A stretch of 54,417 bases of DNA from Serratia phage KpYy 1 41, in sequence record NC_052991.1, one strand, 5' to 3'. The notes beneath the pieces were generated by a model, which ran no database searches, was not told where the DNA came from, and saw only the letters and a program-made list of their open reading frames with translations. The translations under genes and the position numbers were made by a program. Below, one piece after another: positions 37,023-46,263 of the stretch (positions within the stretch are counted from its first letter, which is position 1; the number at the start of each line of letters is the position of its first letter).

Positions 37023-38087
37023 TTAGGACATCACGGTCAGCAGGAACGACGCGTTCGGGTCTGCTGGAACCATCAGTGGTGCGCCCTGAGACATCAGGTA
37101 TTCCACGCTCGGGTCTTCCTGATCCCACATTTTCGGGAAGTATTCAAGCGCCTGATAGCCCGCGCCTTTATCCAGAATAGCACCGAAGCAACGTACGCCC
37201 TCGATCGCCGAGGAGATACCCATTACCGCTTTCTGCTTCATCAGGAACTGTTCTTGGTCGTTCTGGTCGCGGTATTTCTGAGTGTTCACCCAAATACGCA
37301 TACGGCCAGCACCGTTAGCCCCTACCAGTTCGCCCATGTACTGAACGCCTTCCACGTCATCCCACAGGCGGGTAACGTTGGTTTCAGAACCACGGATGGT
37401 CGAGTCCATCAGGCCATCTTTGCCCCACAGGTCTTTGCCGCCGACCTTGACGAACTGATCCCAAGCGTCTCCGCCGAAGACGTAGTCGCGGATCACGGTG
37501 CCGGACATAGACTTATCGGACACCAGACGTTGACCATCGCGCAGGTCAGCAATCATGTCCATCAGGGTGACGCCGCTGGCAGTCCAGTCGGTAGTCATGG
37601 TCAGCGCTGCATCACGGCCGAAGTCTACTCGCACCAGCGGGTAGTCCTGACCCTGAACGTCAACGTAACCATACTGCGCAGCCTGCGCCGCCATCCATTC
37701 CCACGTATTTTCGTGCATGGCGCGGTGTTTCATCAGCAGGTAAGCGATGACACGGTCGCGGCGCTGCGCGATAGACAGGGTGCCAGTACCCAACGCTTCA
37801 CCCGGCTGACGCGGGATGATCATGTTAGGGTCGATGACGTGTTTCGGCTTCACGTAGGCTGGTTTAAAAGTCTTCGTGTTATAGCCGCTTTCTTTGATCA
37901 CGCGGCCCTGTACGTTCGGTGCAACGAACGGAGCAACGCGGGTTACGTCCTGAATAACTTTATCGAAGGCAATCATGTCTTCCTGAAAGTTAATCTGGCG
38001 CGGGAACCATTGCAGGAAGAACGCAGGCAGCGTTTTCAGCTTGCGCTGTACTTCGAGCAGTTGGTAAGTAGTGTAAAGTCCAGCCAT
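37023..38087 (-). CDS. major capsid protein, lambda E family
   Basis: Several blocks are shared with lambda gpE: MAGLYTTYQLL vs MSMYTTAQLL, FKPAYVKPKHVIDPNM vs FTPGYVKPKHEVNPQM, and MSQGAPLMVPADPNASF vs IQSAPLMLLADPDEF. Confidence 0.85.
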   Translation of the reverse strand: MAGLYTTYQLLEVQRKLKTLPAFFLQWFPRQINFQEDMIAFDKVIQDVTRVAPFVAPNVQGRVIKESGYNTKTFKPAYVKPKHVIDPNMIIPRQPGEALGTGTLSIAQRRDRVIAYLLMKHRAMHENTWEWMAAQAAQYGYVDVQGQDYPLVRVDFGRDAALTMTTDWTASGVTLMDMIADLRDGQRLVSDKSMSGTVIRDYVFGGDAWDQFVKVGGKDLWGKDGLMDSTIRGSETNVTRLWDDVEGVQYMGELVGANGAGRMRIWVNTQKYRDQNDQEQFLMKQKAVMGISSAIEGVRCFGAILDKGAGYQALEYFPKMWDQEDPSVEYLMSQGAPLMVPADPNASFLLTVMS

Positions 38088-38099
38088 TTGCGCTGCTCC

Positions 38100-38519
38100 T
38101 TAGTACAGATTGCCGATGTGGATGTTAGTACGGTCGAAGACCGCCTGACGTTTTGCCAGCGTATCAAGCGACGCGTGCCAACCGAGGGCAGCGTGGTTGA
38201 ATACACCACCGATGTAGTACGGCACGTTCTGGCCGGACTTCGCGGGCTGCGCTGCGATACCGATAGCCACAGACTGCGGTGCTGGTACTTCGTCCGGAGA
38301 CGTGCCAGTGGTCGCGGTCGGGTCATGTGGCACCATAGCGCCAGCGGCGTTCTTCGCGATAACCTGATAGATCTCGATGTCAGCGCCAGCGGCACCGCCT
38401 TCGGTCACAATATCCGCTTCACCTGCGAAGATTTGGGTTGGCTCCCAAGAGCCGAGGTCGCCGTTTCCAGCCAGATAGTTAGGCAGGCTGGAGGCGGCCA
38501 TCATAGTCAAAAGATTCAT
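38100..38519 (-). CDS. head decoration protein (lambda D-like)
   Basis: 139 aa and Ala/Gly-rich, positioned between the protease and capsid genes. Confidence 0.55.
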   Translation of the reverse strand: MNLLTMMAASSLPNYLAGNGDLGSWEPTQIFAGEADIVTEGGAAGADIEIYQVIAKNAAGAMVPHDPTATTGTSPDEVPAPQSVAIGIAAQPAKSGQNVPYYIGGVFNHAALGWHASLDTLAKRQAVFDRTNIHIGNLY

Positions 38520-38533
38520 CCGAAGATCCCCTA

Positions 38534-39847
38534 TTACTTAGCCATGTTAGAGCCAGCTACAGCGGACATTGCCGCCATCAGGCCAGCCGTTTCTTTCGCG
38601 CCTTCCTGCTCGTTGCCAGCGTCGGCACCAGCGTTAGGATGGTCAGCATTCGCCATCACGGTATCGAACGGGCTGTCACCCTTCGCTTCGGTACCCGGTT
38701 TACCCGGCGCGGCAGCGTCAGGGGCCACGGTGGTGACTGCGGCTTTCGGTTCTTCGGCGGAATTGGTCAGCATCGCAGTAGCGTCTTCAACGGACATATT
38801 CGTGTTGAAGGCGATATGGTTTGCCAGTTTAGTGCGGTTAGCCGCTGCATCGCAGCCCATGATCCCGGCGATGCGGGTTCGTTCGTTGGTCGCCGCCTCT
38901 GCGCGGGCTGCGTCCATTTCTTCTTGCGTAAAGCTCATTGCGTTCGCTCCTGAGTGATCCGGGCTGTTATCGGACGGCCCGTTGAGGAATTCGGTAACAG
39001 CCTTCGAAGGCGTTGATACCGCGTCAATTAGACCGATTGACATCGCTTCACCAGCGTTATAGCACATCGCTTCGGTGTCGCGCACCACTTTCGGATCTAA
39101 ATCCCTGTTTTGAGCGACAAGATTGACGAAGTCGGTGCGCATTGAATCTACGCTCGCTTGCCAGTCTGCTCGTACTTCATCGCTCATTGGTTCGTACGGG
39201 TTGCCGTCGGCTTTGTGCTCCCCGGACTTGATGATATTCACGGTGATACCGATGTCCGCCAGCATCTTCGACATGTCGATGTGGAGGGCGATAACCCCGA
39301 TGCTTCCGGCACCGCCGGACGGCGTTACAACGATTTTATCCGCTGCGCTCGCCAACGCATATGCCGCAGAATAGCAGTTTGAATCGACAACCGCCAGCGA
39401 AGGTTTCTCGCCGCGTGTATCAAACATTTCCTGAGACAACTCGAAACAGCCCGCTGCTTCCCCGCCGTTCGAGTTGACGTCGTAGATAATCGCCTCTACA
39501 TCCGGGTCGGCCAGCGCTGCATTACGCTGACTGCGGATAAAATTGTAGCCCGTCACGTAGCCGTAGTAATACCCGCCATAGCGGTTAATCAGGGTGCCGT
39601 GAATCGGGATGATAGCGAGGCCGTTAGAGAAGGCGAAAGGTTTGTCCGCAGATGGTCGGCCAACGCCATACGCTGCACACAGGTTTTCGCGCATCTGCTG
39701 TTCAGCGCGTTCCTGAAAGTCTTCATCATCACAGGACATCATTTGCTGCATGTTGGTCAGCAGCGTCGGGTCATTCTCGCGAATGGCGATCGGCTGGCCG
39801 TTCATACGACTGAGCGCCATTGAGACGCTCGCTCTTACGTGGTTGCT
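38534..39847 (-). CDS. prohead protease, S49 (lambda C-like), probably with nested scaffold
   Basis: Start MSNHVRASV overlaps the portal stop by 1 nt, giving about 438 aa. The ORF track shows a 95-aa Arg-rich N-terminal extension that is an out-of-frame overlap with the portal gene. Confidence 0.65.
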   Translation of the reverse strand, partial: SNHVRASVSMALSRMNGQPIAIRENDPTLLTNMQQMMSCDDEDFQERAEQQMRENLCAAYGVGRPSADKPFAFSNGLAIIPIHGTLINRYGGYYYGYVTGYNFIRSQRNAALADPDVEAIIYDVNSNGGEAAGCFELSQEMFDTRGEKPSLAVVDSNCYSAAYALASAADKIVVTPSGGAGSIGVIALHIDMSKMLADIGITVNIIKSGEHKADGNPYEPMSDEVRADWQASVDSMRTDFVNLVAQNRDLDPKVVRDTEAMCYNAGEAMSIGLIDAVSTPSKAVTEFLNGPSDNSPDHSGANAMSFTQEEMDAARAEAATNERTRIAGIMGCDAAANRTKLANHIAFNTNMSVEDATAMLTNSAEEPKAAVTTVAPDAAAPGKPGTEAKGDSPFDTVMANADHPNAGADAGNEQEGAKETAGLMAAMSAVAGSNMAK

Positions 39848-41526
39848 CATTCCTTCGTTTCCTCTTCGTTGTTGTCCGAGCCAGTGCTGCCAGTTGAACT
39901 GCTTGCCTCCGCCCCTTCCGCCATCTTGCCGGAGAAATCGAGGCCCAAATCTTTGATGATGCCTTCTTCGCGGGCGCGCTGTTTGAATACTTCGCGGAAG
40001 TCGCCACCGAGGCGGGCGATTTCGGCTTCGTACGTTGACAGGCCATTCTTGATGCGAAGGATAGCGGCTTCGGTTTCTTTCTTCTCGTCGATCTGGCCGC
40101 GACTCGCGCCGATCCATTCTGCGTTGCAAAGTGCGTCACGTTTCATCGGGTCGTAGAAGTCGCGCCAAGTGAAGCCCGGCGGCAGTGGAACATTACCAGC
40201 GTTAACCTCTTCTTCCAACCACAACGTATAAATCATCGACGCGAAACGGTCGGCTACCAGCTTTTTACGGCTTTCCATGTACTTCCACGTTTCAGCCATC
40301 GAAGCGCGGGCAGAAGAGTAGTTCGTCTTCGTATAGTCGCGGCTGAACTGCTCGTACGAAAGGCCGAGTGATGCGGCGATGTTCCTGAGCAACGATTCTT
40401 CATAATCGGTTCCGACTCCGCCCGGCGTTCCTGCGGGCTGCATTTTCAGTTTCGTACCGGGGAACAGGTGCGGGATTTTCGCCCCGTCGATTGCGATGTT
40501 TTTCGATCCGGCAATGTACTCGGCCAGACTCCCCATGTAGGTTTTCAGGATGTCGCCGAAAGGCGTCTGTCCCATACCCATCTGATTGAAGACCACGTCC
40601 GACGGCAATTCGGATTCGATGGCAGCAGCGTAGGTCGCGTTGACGATGGCGTTTTGCAGCGTGACTTCCTGAAAGTTTCTGGTCATCTTCATCTGCTTCA
40701 ACGCCGCGACCATTTCACTAATACCGCGAGTCTGGCCCGGCAGCAGCGCTTCAATGATGTGGATCATCCGACGTCGGCCCCAATCGAAGCGTGCGGGCTG
40801 ATATTCCCATCGCCATTGTTCGAGGTCAGTCGGGTCGCCCGGGAACGCCTTACGCAGCCAGTAGCCGATCGGCGCACCCATTTCATCCAGTTTGACGCCG
40901 GAGCGCAGATACTTGTCGTCCATGATATTGTCCGGGTTGGACAGTCGGTATGGCGAAATCATCTGGATCGCGGTGCCGAACGGACGGCGCTGCATCCGGG
41001 TTCCCTTCGGCTTCATCCACTCGCATGACGCCAGAACTTCCCCGGTCATGATGAAGCCGCCAACGGCCAGACGGACAAGCCCGGTCAGCGTGTTCATCCG
41101 ACGGGCATCGAACCAGTTTTCAGGCGACTCGGCCACCATGTTGAAGCGAGCCTCGACTACCTCCTGAAATTCATCCGCCCAACCTTCAGGCGCGCCGAGA
41201 ACCAGCGAATTCGGTTTCGAGTTGAGTTTGTACTGCGAGCCGACCACGCTGTCACGGTGGATCGCCACCGCGCCGAACGCGTAGCCGTCGTTCTGTACGA
41301 TGTCCTGCGCACGCGAAAGCGCCAGCGTACCGTCTTGGGCGATCTGCTGGTCTGGTGAAATGACGGCAGGCGTCCAGCGGAACATTTCACGCGTGTTCCG
41401 TTCAGCCCCCTCTAAGCCGCCACCGAGTGCCGAAGGATTCTGCGGCGTGGCGTCCAACGTAGCGACGTCGGCGGTCTTTGCCGCTTTCTTCGCCCGTTGT
41501 GTAGTGCTTCTCTTTTTCTCGGTCAT
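39847..41526 (-). CDS. portal protein (lambda B family)
   Basis: About 559 aa, positioned between the W-like gene and the protease gene. The start ATGACC overlaps the W-like stop. Confidence 0.7.
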   Translation of the reverse strand: MTEKKRSTTQRAKKAAKTADVATLDATPQNPSALGGGLEGAERNTREMFRWTPAVISPDQQIAQDGTLALSRAQDIVQNDGYAFGAVAIHRDSVVGSQYKLNSKPNSLVLGAPEGWADEFQEVVEARFNMVAESPENWFDARRMNTLTGLVRLAVGGFIMTGEVLASCEWMKPKGTRMQRRPFGTAIQMISPYRLSNPDNIMDDKYLRSGVKLDEMGAPIGYWLRKAFPGDPTDLEQWRWEYQPARFDWGRRRMIHIIEALLPGQTRGISEMVAALKQMKMTRNFQEVTLQNAIVNATYAAAIESELPSDVVFNQMGMGQTPFGDILKTYMGSLAEYIAGSKNIAIDGAKIPHLFPGTKLKMQPAGTPGGVGTDYEESLLRNIAASLGLSYEQFSRDYTKTNYSSARASMAETWKYMESRKKLVADRFASMIYTLWLEEEVNAGNVPLPPGFTWRDFYDPMKRDALCNAEWIGASRGQIDEKKETEAAILRIKNGLSTYEAEIARLGGDFREVFKQRAREEGIIKDLGLDFSGKMAEGAEASSSTGSTGSDNNEEETKE

Positions 41527-41777
41527 GGGAATAAGAATCCTGCTGGTGAACTTGGTAGGCCCATGAAGGCCGCGCAAGGGTTGTCCGAATTAATCGCGTT
41601 TTGCAGTCGAACGATGTAGGCCCATAGGCTTTGTCGGTTCGCTGCGGTATATTCCACGCGTTCACTGTTCTGATCCACCACGACGCGTACCGAGCCGCCG
41701 AGGTTTAATTGGTGGTACGCATCCATCGCTTCTTTGAGCATGAGGCGATATTGCGCGCGGCATTCTTCTGGTGTCAT
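41523..41777 (-). CDS. head-tail joining protein (lambda W-like)
   Basis: 84 aa. The pattern RVEYTAANRQSLWAYIVRLQ resembles lambda gpW ([20 protein letters not shown]). Confidence 0.55.
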   Translation of the reverse strand: MTPEECRAQYRLMLKEAMDAYHQLNLGGSVRVVVDQNSERVEYTAANRQSLWAYIVRLQNAINSDNPCAAFMGLPSSPAGFLFP

Positions 41778-41787
41778 GGTGGTTCTC

Positions 41788-43863
41788 CTATGCTAACGCC
41801 ATTGCGAGTTTCTCGAAACTGTATTCGGTATCTTTCGGCGCATCAATAGGTTCATCGCTCGGCGGTAAAATAACCATGCTGTTATCATCCCACTCCGCCG
41901 CCCATGATGGCGGGTTGTCCCAATCTATTTGTTCAATCCCGAGCACCCGGCCGCTGACGCAAATACCCAATAAATAATACGCCAAGTCCCACGTTTCGTT
42001 TCGGGCGTGCGCCGGGTTGTGCCAGCCTTTCTCGTCACGCGTCTCCGTACACAGTTCGGCGAACACCGCGTCGCCCATCCAGTCCGGAATGTGGTACATG
42101 CCTTTGCCCGGCTCCACGACATCCAGTCGGCCGTTCAGGCTGTCTTTCATCACGTTAGAGTTAATCATCAGCACCGGAACGTCGCCGCGTGCAATGGCCT
42201 TCTTGTCTTTCTGGTTGGAGTCCGGGAGCGCCACGCGGGTACGCGGGTTGTTCGCTTTCGGGTCGCCCTTCACCAGACAGAAGCGCCCGGTTTTCCCTTC
42301 CTTCCGCAGTTTCCGGAAGAATTCGTACGCGTTGCCAGTTACCCCAGCTTCACCGCCGGAGTCGCACGCGGTCATCTTGATCGGAAGCGAACGGCCAGAA
42401 TTATCGGACAGCGGGTACGTCTTGTTCATCACTTCGGTTTCAATGAGATCCCAATCTTCGAGGTATGCGCCCGGGTGCAGGATTTTCGGGTCGCCATCGT
42501 CATCGAGGCGGCGCGATTTCGTGATATTGAAGCGGTCGATCAGGTAGGTGTCGAACGGGTAGCCGGGGGCGACGCCATGCACCGACACTTCAAAACTATG
42601 CTTCTGCACGTCCACCGTGGCCGCCAAGAAACGCACGTCCTTCGGCACCGTCTGTTCCGGCCACTTCTCGGCGCGGGCTTTCAGCGCTTCCGGAACGCGT
42701 ACCGTCTCGATAGCCTTCGGCACGTACGGTTCGCCCATATCGTTGTTCCAGAATTTCTTCAAGGACTCTTCGGACATCGTACGCTCGTAGTCATCCATCG
42801 CATCGAGGTAGTTCAGAACCAGTTTCTGCCATGTGATGAACGCGGCCGCCGTTCCGCGAAGCCAGAAGGACGCGAATGACGAGCGCATCGGCACCCCGGC
42901 CAGTTGGCCCAATTCGTTGACATGACATCCTTCCGGCACCCACATCCCCCACAGGTTCATTTCGTATTTGTCTACCGGATCGATTTCGCACCCACAATGC
43001 GGACAGACCATGCGCACCGTCTCGGACTTTTCGAGGTTGGTAAGCGGATTGCCGTCGGCGGCTTTCGTGCTCCACTTCAAAAGCTGGAAGGTGCCTTCAA
43101 AATACTGGTCGCAGTGCGGACACGGCCATTTCCAGCGTCGGCGGTCGCCACGGTTGTATAACCCGACAATACCGTCGCATGGCGGGGCTTCGTGTGGCGT
43201 ACGCTTAATCCAGTTCGGGTCTTTAATCGGACGTGATGGCGAGGACTCGGCCGCACACATGGCAAACGACCCGAAGGTCGTCGTACGTTTTGATGCGAGG
43301 TCGAAGGCGTTACCGTCGCCGCCGATGTCGTCGTCGATACGGTCGTAGTCGGTGATGATAATTCGGCCAACCGGACGGCCCGCCAGTTCGGTCACAGACG
43401 GGTAACTCAACGTCAGGATGATCCCGGTAACGTAGTGTTTGTCGAATTTGTTGTCGGCGTCTCGGTTCTTCATCAGCATTTCGCCCACCTTCGGGCTATG
43501 GCGGTGAAGACGGTCTACACGTCGCATTGAGAAGTCACGCGCTGCCGTTGACGTCGGGCAGTAGATCATCAGATCCATCGGGTCAACTTTCACCGAATAG
43601 ACAATGCTATTCAGGATCAGCGCATCAGTTTTACCGGACTGTGCCGGGCCGACAAAAGCCATCTTGTCGTACGCCCGGCTGTTCATCATGTTCATCGGCT
43701 CGACCATGTACGGCGTCGTCGAGTTAAGCCAATCCCCGACGTATGCGCCGGGTTGGTTGACGTAGCGATACTTGGCGGCCGCGTCGGCCACCGTCATGCG
43801 CATTGGCGGCCGTAACTGCTCGGCCACCGAACTGATAATCTGCCCGATGCTCTTAAACTTCAT
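41788..43863 (-). CDS. terminase large subunit (lambda gpA family)
   Basis: 691 aa with an ATPase Walker A FVGPAQSGKT. Its size and position after a Nu1-like gene fit the lambda gpA family. Confidence 0.85.
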   Translation of the reverse strand: MKFKSIGQIISSVAEQLRPPMRMTVADAAAKYRYVNQPGAYVGDWLNSTTPYMVEPMNMMNSRAYDKMAFVGPAQSGKTDALILNSIVYSVKVDPMDLMIYCPTSTAARDFSMRRVDRLHRHSPKVGEMLMKNRDADNKFDKHYVTGIILTLSYPSVTELAGRPVGRIIITDYDRIDDDIGGDGNAFDLASKRTTTFGSFAMCAAESSPSRPIKDPNWIKRTPHEAPPCDGIVGLYNRGDRRRWKWPCPHCDQYFEGTFQLLKWSTKAADGNPLTNLEKSETVRMVCPHCGCEIDPVDKYEMNLWGMWVPEGCHVNELGQLAGVPMRSSFASFWLRGTAAAFITWQKLVLNYLDAMDDYERTMSEESLKKFWNNDMGEPYVPKAIETVRVPEALKARAEKWPEQTVPKDVRFLAATVDVQKHSFEVSVHGVAPGYPFDTYLIDRFNITKSRRLDDDGDPKILHPGAYLEDWDLIETEVMNKTYPLSDNSGRSLPIKMTACDSGGEAGVTGNAYEFFRKLRKEGKTGRFCLVKGDPKANNPRTRVALPDSNQKDKKAIARGDVPVLMINSNVMKDSLNGRLDVVEPGKGMYHIPDWMGDAVFAELCTETRDEKGWHNPAHARNETWDLAYYLLGICVSGRVLGIEQIDWDNPPSWAAEWDDNSMVILPPSDEPIDAPKDTEYSFEKLAMALA

Positions 43864-44422
43864 CGTCGTCCACCTCGTCGCCGTTGAACTTATCGATCAG
43901 CGCGCTCGACAGGTCGTTCAGCATGGCGTCAATGGATGACGTGATGACCTGACGTTGCGGCTCGCTGAGTCCGGCCTGACGCGCCAGCGTGTCGGGAATG
44001 AGCAACATCGACATGCGGAGCACCTTCACTGCCTCGCCGAAGTGCTCGATCACCTTCTCGGTTTCCCACAGGTTGCCCGCTTTGATGTCGAAGTCCTGCT
44101 TTGCGCGCTGCCCGGCCCAAAACTCTTTCGACAACTCCTTCGGCAGATCCTTGAAATTCATGCGGCGCAGGTACGTCTCGACATCGTACAGCGGCTTAAC
44201 GAGGTACGGGGCCACTTCGTGAACCGCGTAGATCGGGTACCCACCGCGCTCGCCGACTGGCGGGACGTCCATGATTTTCGGCGTGATGTCCCGGCGCTCC
44301 ATGCGGAACAGCTTTGCCAGTTGCGTGATGTTGCAGCCCTGAAAAATCATCGCTTCGGTGTCGGCGTCCGGCGCATTAGAGCGGCGATTCCGGGTTGCCA
44401 GTGGCGCATTACTCTTCGTCAT
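43853..44422 (-). CDS. terminase small subunit (Nu1-like) with appended acidic DEV tail
   Basis: An N-terminal HTH-like segment NITQLAKLF...GGYPIYAVHEVAPYL parallels lambda Nu1 KKQLADIFG...GNEVLYDSAAVIKWY. The C-terminus is NGDEVDDDEV. Confidence 0.65.
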   Translation of the reverse strand: MTKSNAPLATRNRRSNAPDADTEAMIFQGCNITQLAKLFRMERRDITPKIMDVPPVGERGGYPIYAVHEVAPYLVKPLYDVETYLRRMNFKDLPKELSKEFWAGQRAKQDFDIKAGNLWETEKVIEHFGEAVKVLRMSMLLIPDTLARQAGLSEPQRQVITSSIDAMLNDLSSALIDKFNGDEVDDDEV

Positions 44423-45968
44423 CCCATACCCCTTTATTTTTCGATTTCTTGCGGCGTTTGATGCGCCCTTTGATGCGTTCGAGCAGTTCGAAGAACGCGT
44501 CCTGCACGTCCTCTTTGTCGTTCAGCGCCTGAATTACGACGTCGTCCGCTGTCTCGGCCAGAAGCCCGTTCGGTGTTCGCAGCATGGCTTTGAACTGGTA
44601 GATCGTAACCGGGTACTTCTGGCCCTGACGGTGAAGTCGGCCGTTGAATTGCAGGAAGCGTTCGAGTGACCACGGATTGTCGATGTAGACAATCACATGG
44701 CCGCCGTGCTGGAGGTTTAAACCGTGTCCCGCCGATTGAGGGTGCGCGGCCAGCAGGCGAATCTTTCCGGCGTTCCACTTCTTGATGCACTTGCCGTCAT
44801 CGTCCATGACCACCAGACCTTTAAACCGCTCTTTCAGTCGTTCGAGGGTCGGCTTGAAGTGATAGGCGATCAGCACGTTTTTATCTGCCAGCGTGGTTTC
44901 CAGCAATTCTTCCAGCGCATCGAATTTCAGGTCGTGCAGCCTGTACGTGTCCTTCTGCTTGATGACCTTGTCGTCTTCCGTGATGCCGACGATTTTCGTG
45001 TCGTAGATGAAGCCCGAGCACATCTGCAATAACTTCGACTGCAAGGATGCCGCCTGCTCCGCCTCGATCACAATTGGGTCATCCAGATGTTCGTCGAAAT
45101 CTTCCGGCATAATCTCGACAAGGCTTTCTTCCTCCATCATGCGGTACCGCTCCGCCGTCTCCCCGTCTAACTCGACCGGGACAGGAACGAAATTTGGTTC
45201 GTGCATGTCAAGGTAGTCTTCCGCTTTCATGACTAAACATATATCAGAAATCTTCCGAATAATCTCGTCTTCCGCGCCGGGGCGCAGTTTCCACTTGAAA
45301 TTGTATCGGTTCTGCGTGAAGTAGTTGTCCTGATAACCCCCGATGGTGGAGCCAAAGCGCTCGCCTTCGTCCAGCAGGTATATTTGCGAGAAGATACCCA
45401 TGTACCCCTCGGCCGCAGGCGTGGCCGTCAACTCGACAATGCGTTTGATATACTTGCGCACCCGGCGCAGCATTTTGAAGCGCTGCGAGGTGTGGGATTT
45501 GAACATGCTCGACTCGTCCAGCACCACGGCATCGAACGGCCATTTCGTTTTGAAATGCTCGCACAGCCACGCGATGTTATCGACGCTGACCGTGTAAAAA
45601 TGGCAGTCCTTGTTCGCGGCCGCCGCTCGCTCTTTGGCGTTCCCGGCGATAATCGACATCTTGTAGAAGCACAGGTGGCCCCACTCGTCGAATTCAGTCG
45701 GCCACCCGGTACGGGCCACTCGCTTCGGCGCGACGACGAGCACTTTGTTAATTTCGCCGTCCGCGATCAGGTCGAGCATGGCCGTACCTGTCATGACGGT
45801 TTTACCCAATCCGAGGTCTACGAACATGCCGCAGTACGGATGGTCTTTGATGAACTGGACGCCTTCGTCCTGATAGTCGTGCATGTCGCTGCGGTTCAGT
45901 TTAACCGTCCGCAGGCAGTACGCGAGCGCTCTACTCAAAGGCGATAATGTAGTTTTTAAAGTCTGCAA
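44409..45968 (-). CDS. SNF2-family DEAD-like helicase
   Basis: Helicase motif I GLGKT, motif II VVLDESSMFK, and a helicase-C region HPQSAGHGLNLQ. The true start may be an internal Met. Confidence 0.8.
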   Translation of the reverse strand: MQTLKTTLSPLSRALAYCLRTVKLNRSDMHDYQDEGVQFIKDHPYCGMFVDLGLGKTVMTGTAMLDLIADGEINKVLVVAPKRVARTGWPTEFDEWGHLCFYKMSIIAGNAKERAAAANKDCHFYTVSVDNIAWLCEHFKTKWPFDAVVLDESSMFKSHTSQRFKMLRRVRKYIKRIVELTATPAAEGYMGIFSQIYLLDEGERFGSTIGGYQDNYFTQNRYNFKWKLRPGAEDEIIRKISDICLVMKAEDYLDMHEPNFVPVPVELDGETAERYRMMEEESLVEIMPEDFDEHLDDPIVIEAEQAASLQSKLLQMCSGFIYDTKIVGITEDDKVIKQKDTYRLHDLKFDALEELLETTLADKNVLIAYHFKPTLERLKERFKGLVVMDDDGKCIKKWNAGKIRLLAAHPQSAGHGLNLQHGGHVIVYIDNPWSLERFLQFNGRLHRQGQKYPVTIYQFKAMLRTPNGLLAETADDVVIQALNDKEDVQDAFFELLERIKGRIKRRKKSKNKGVWDDEE

Positions 45969-46263
45969 AATTGTCCACCCATGTCACGTTTGCCCCGGCC
46001 TTACGCATTTCCTTATGGCGGTGATACTGCTGCGCCGTTGGTTCTTCGCCGGGGCGTTTGAATTCGATAAAAAGCACAATGCCGCCACGGATCAGCACGC
46101 GATCCGGGACGGCTTTTTTGCCGGGGGCGGTGAATTTCGACACCCACCACCCGCGCCCCTGCGCGTATTCGCAGCAGCGCTTTTCGACCTTCGATTCTCT
46201 GATTATCGGCTCGGCCATGTTAATCCTTACGGTAGAAATAGCCTTCCCACCCGGCAGCGCCAA
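45931..46263 (-). CDS. VRR-NUC domain nuclease
   Basis: 110 aa with an E...FIEFK core, in the usual position between the polymerase and the SNF2 helicase. Confidence 0.6.
   Translation of the reverse strand: MALPGGKAISTVRINMAEPIIRESKVEKRCCEYAQGRGWWVSKFTAPGKKAVPDRVLIRGGIVLFIEFKRPGEEPTAQQYHRHKEMRKAGANVTWVDNFADFKNYIIAFE

Noticed and set aside
36930-38957. 675-aa plus-strand ORF
   Set aside because: It is antisense to the well-supported lambda-like capsid, decoration and protease genes. Its Arg/His/Val-rich composition is typical of a shadow ORF on the opposite strand of GC-rich coding DNA.
38534-40129. 531-aa version of the protease ORF with a 95-aa Arg-rich N-terminus
   Set aside because: The extension overlaps the portal gene out of frame. 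An ATG overlapping the portal stop yields a 438-aa protein matching the lambda C-family size.
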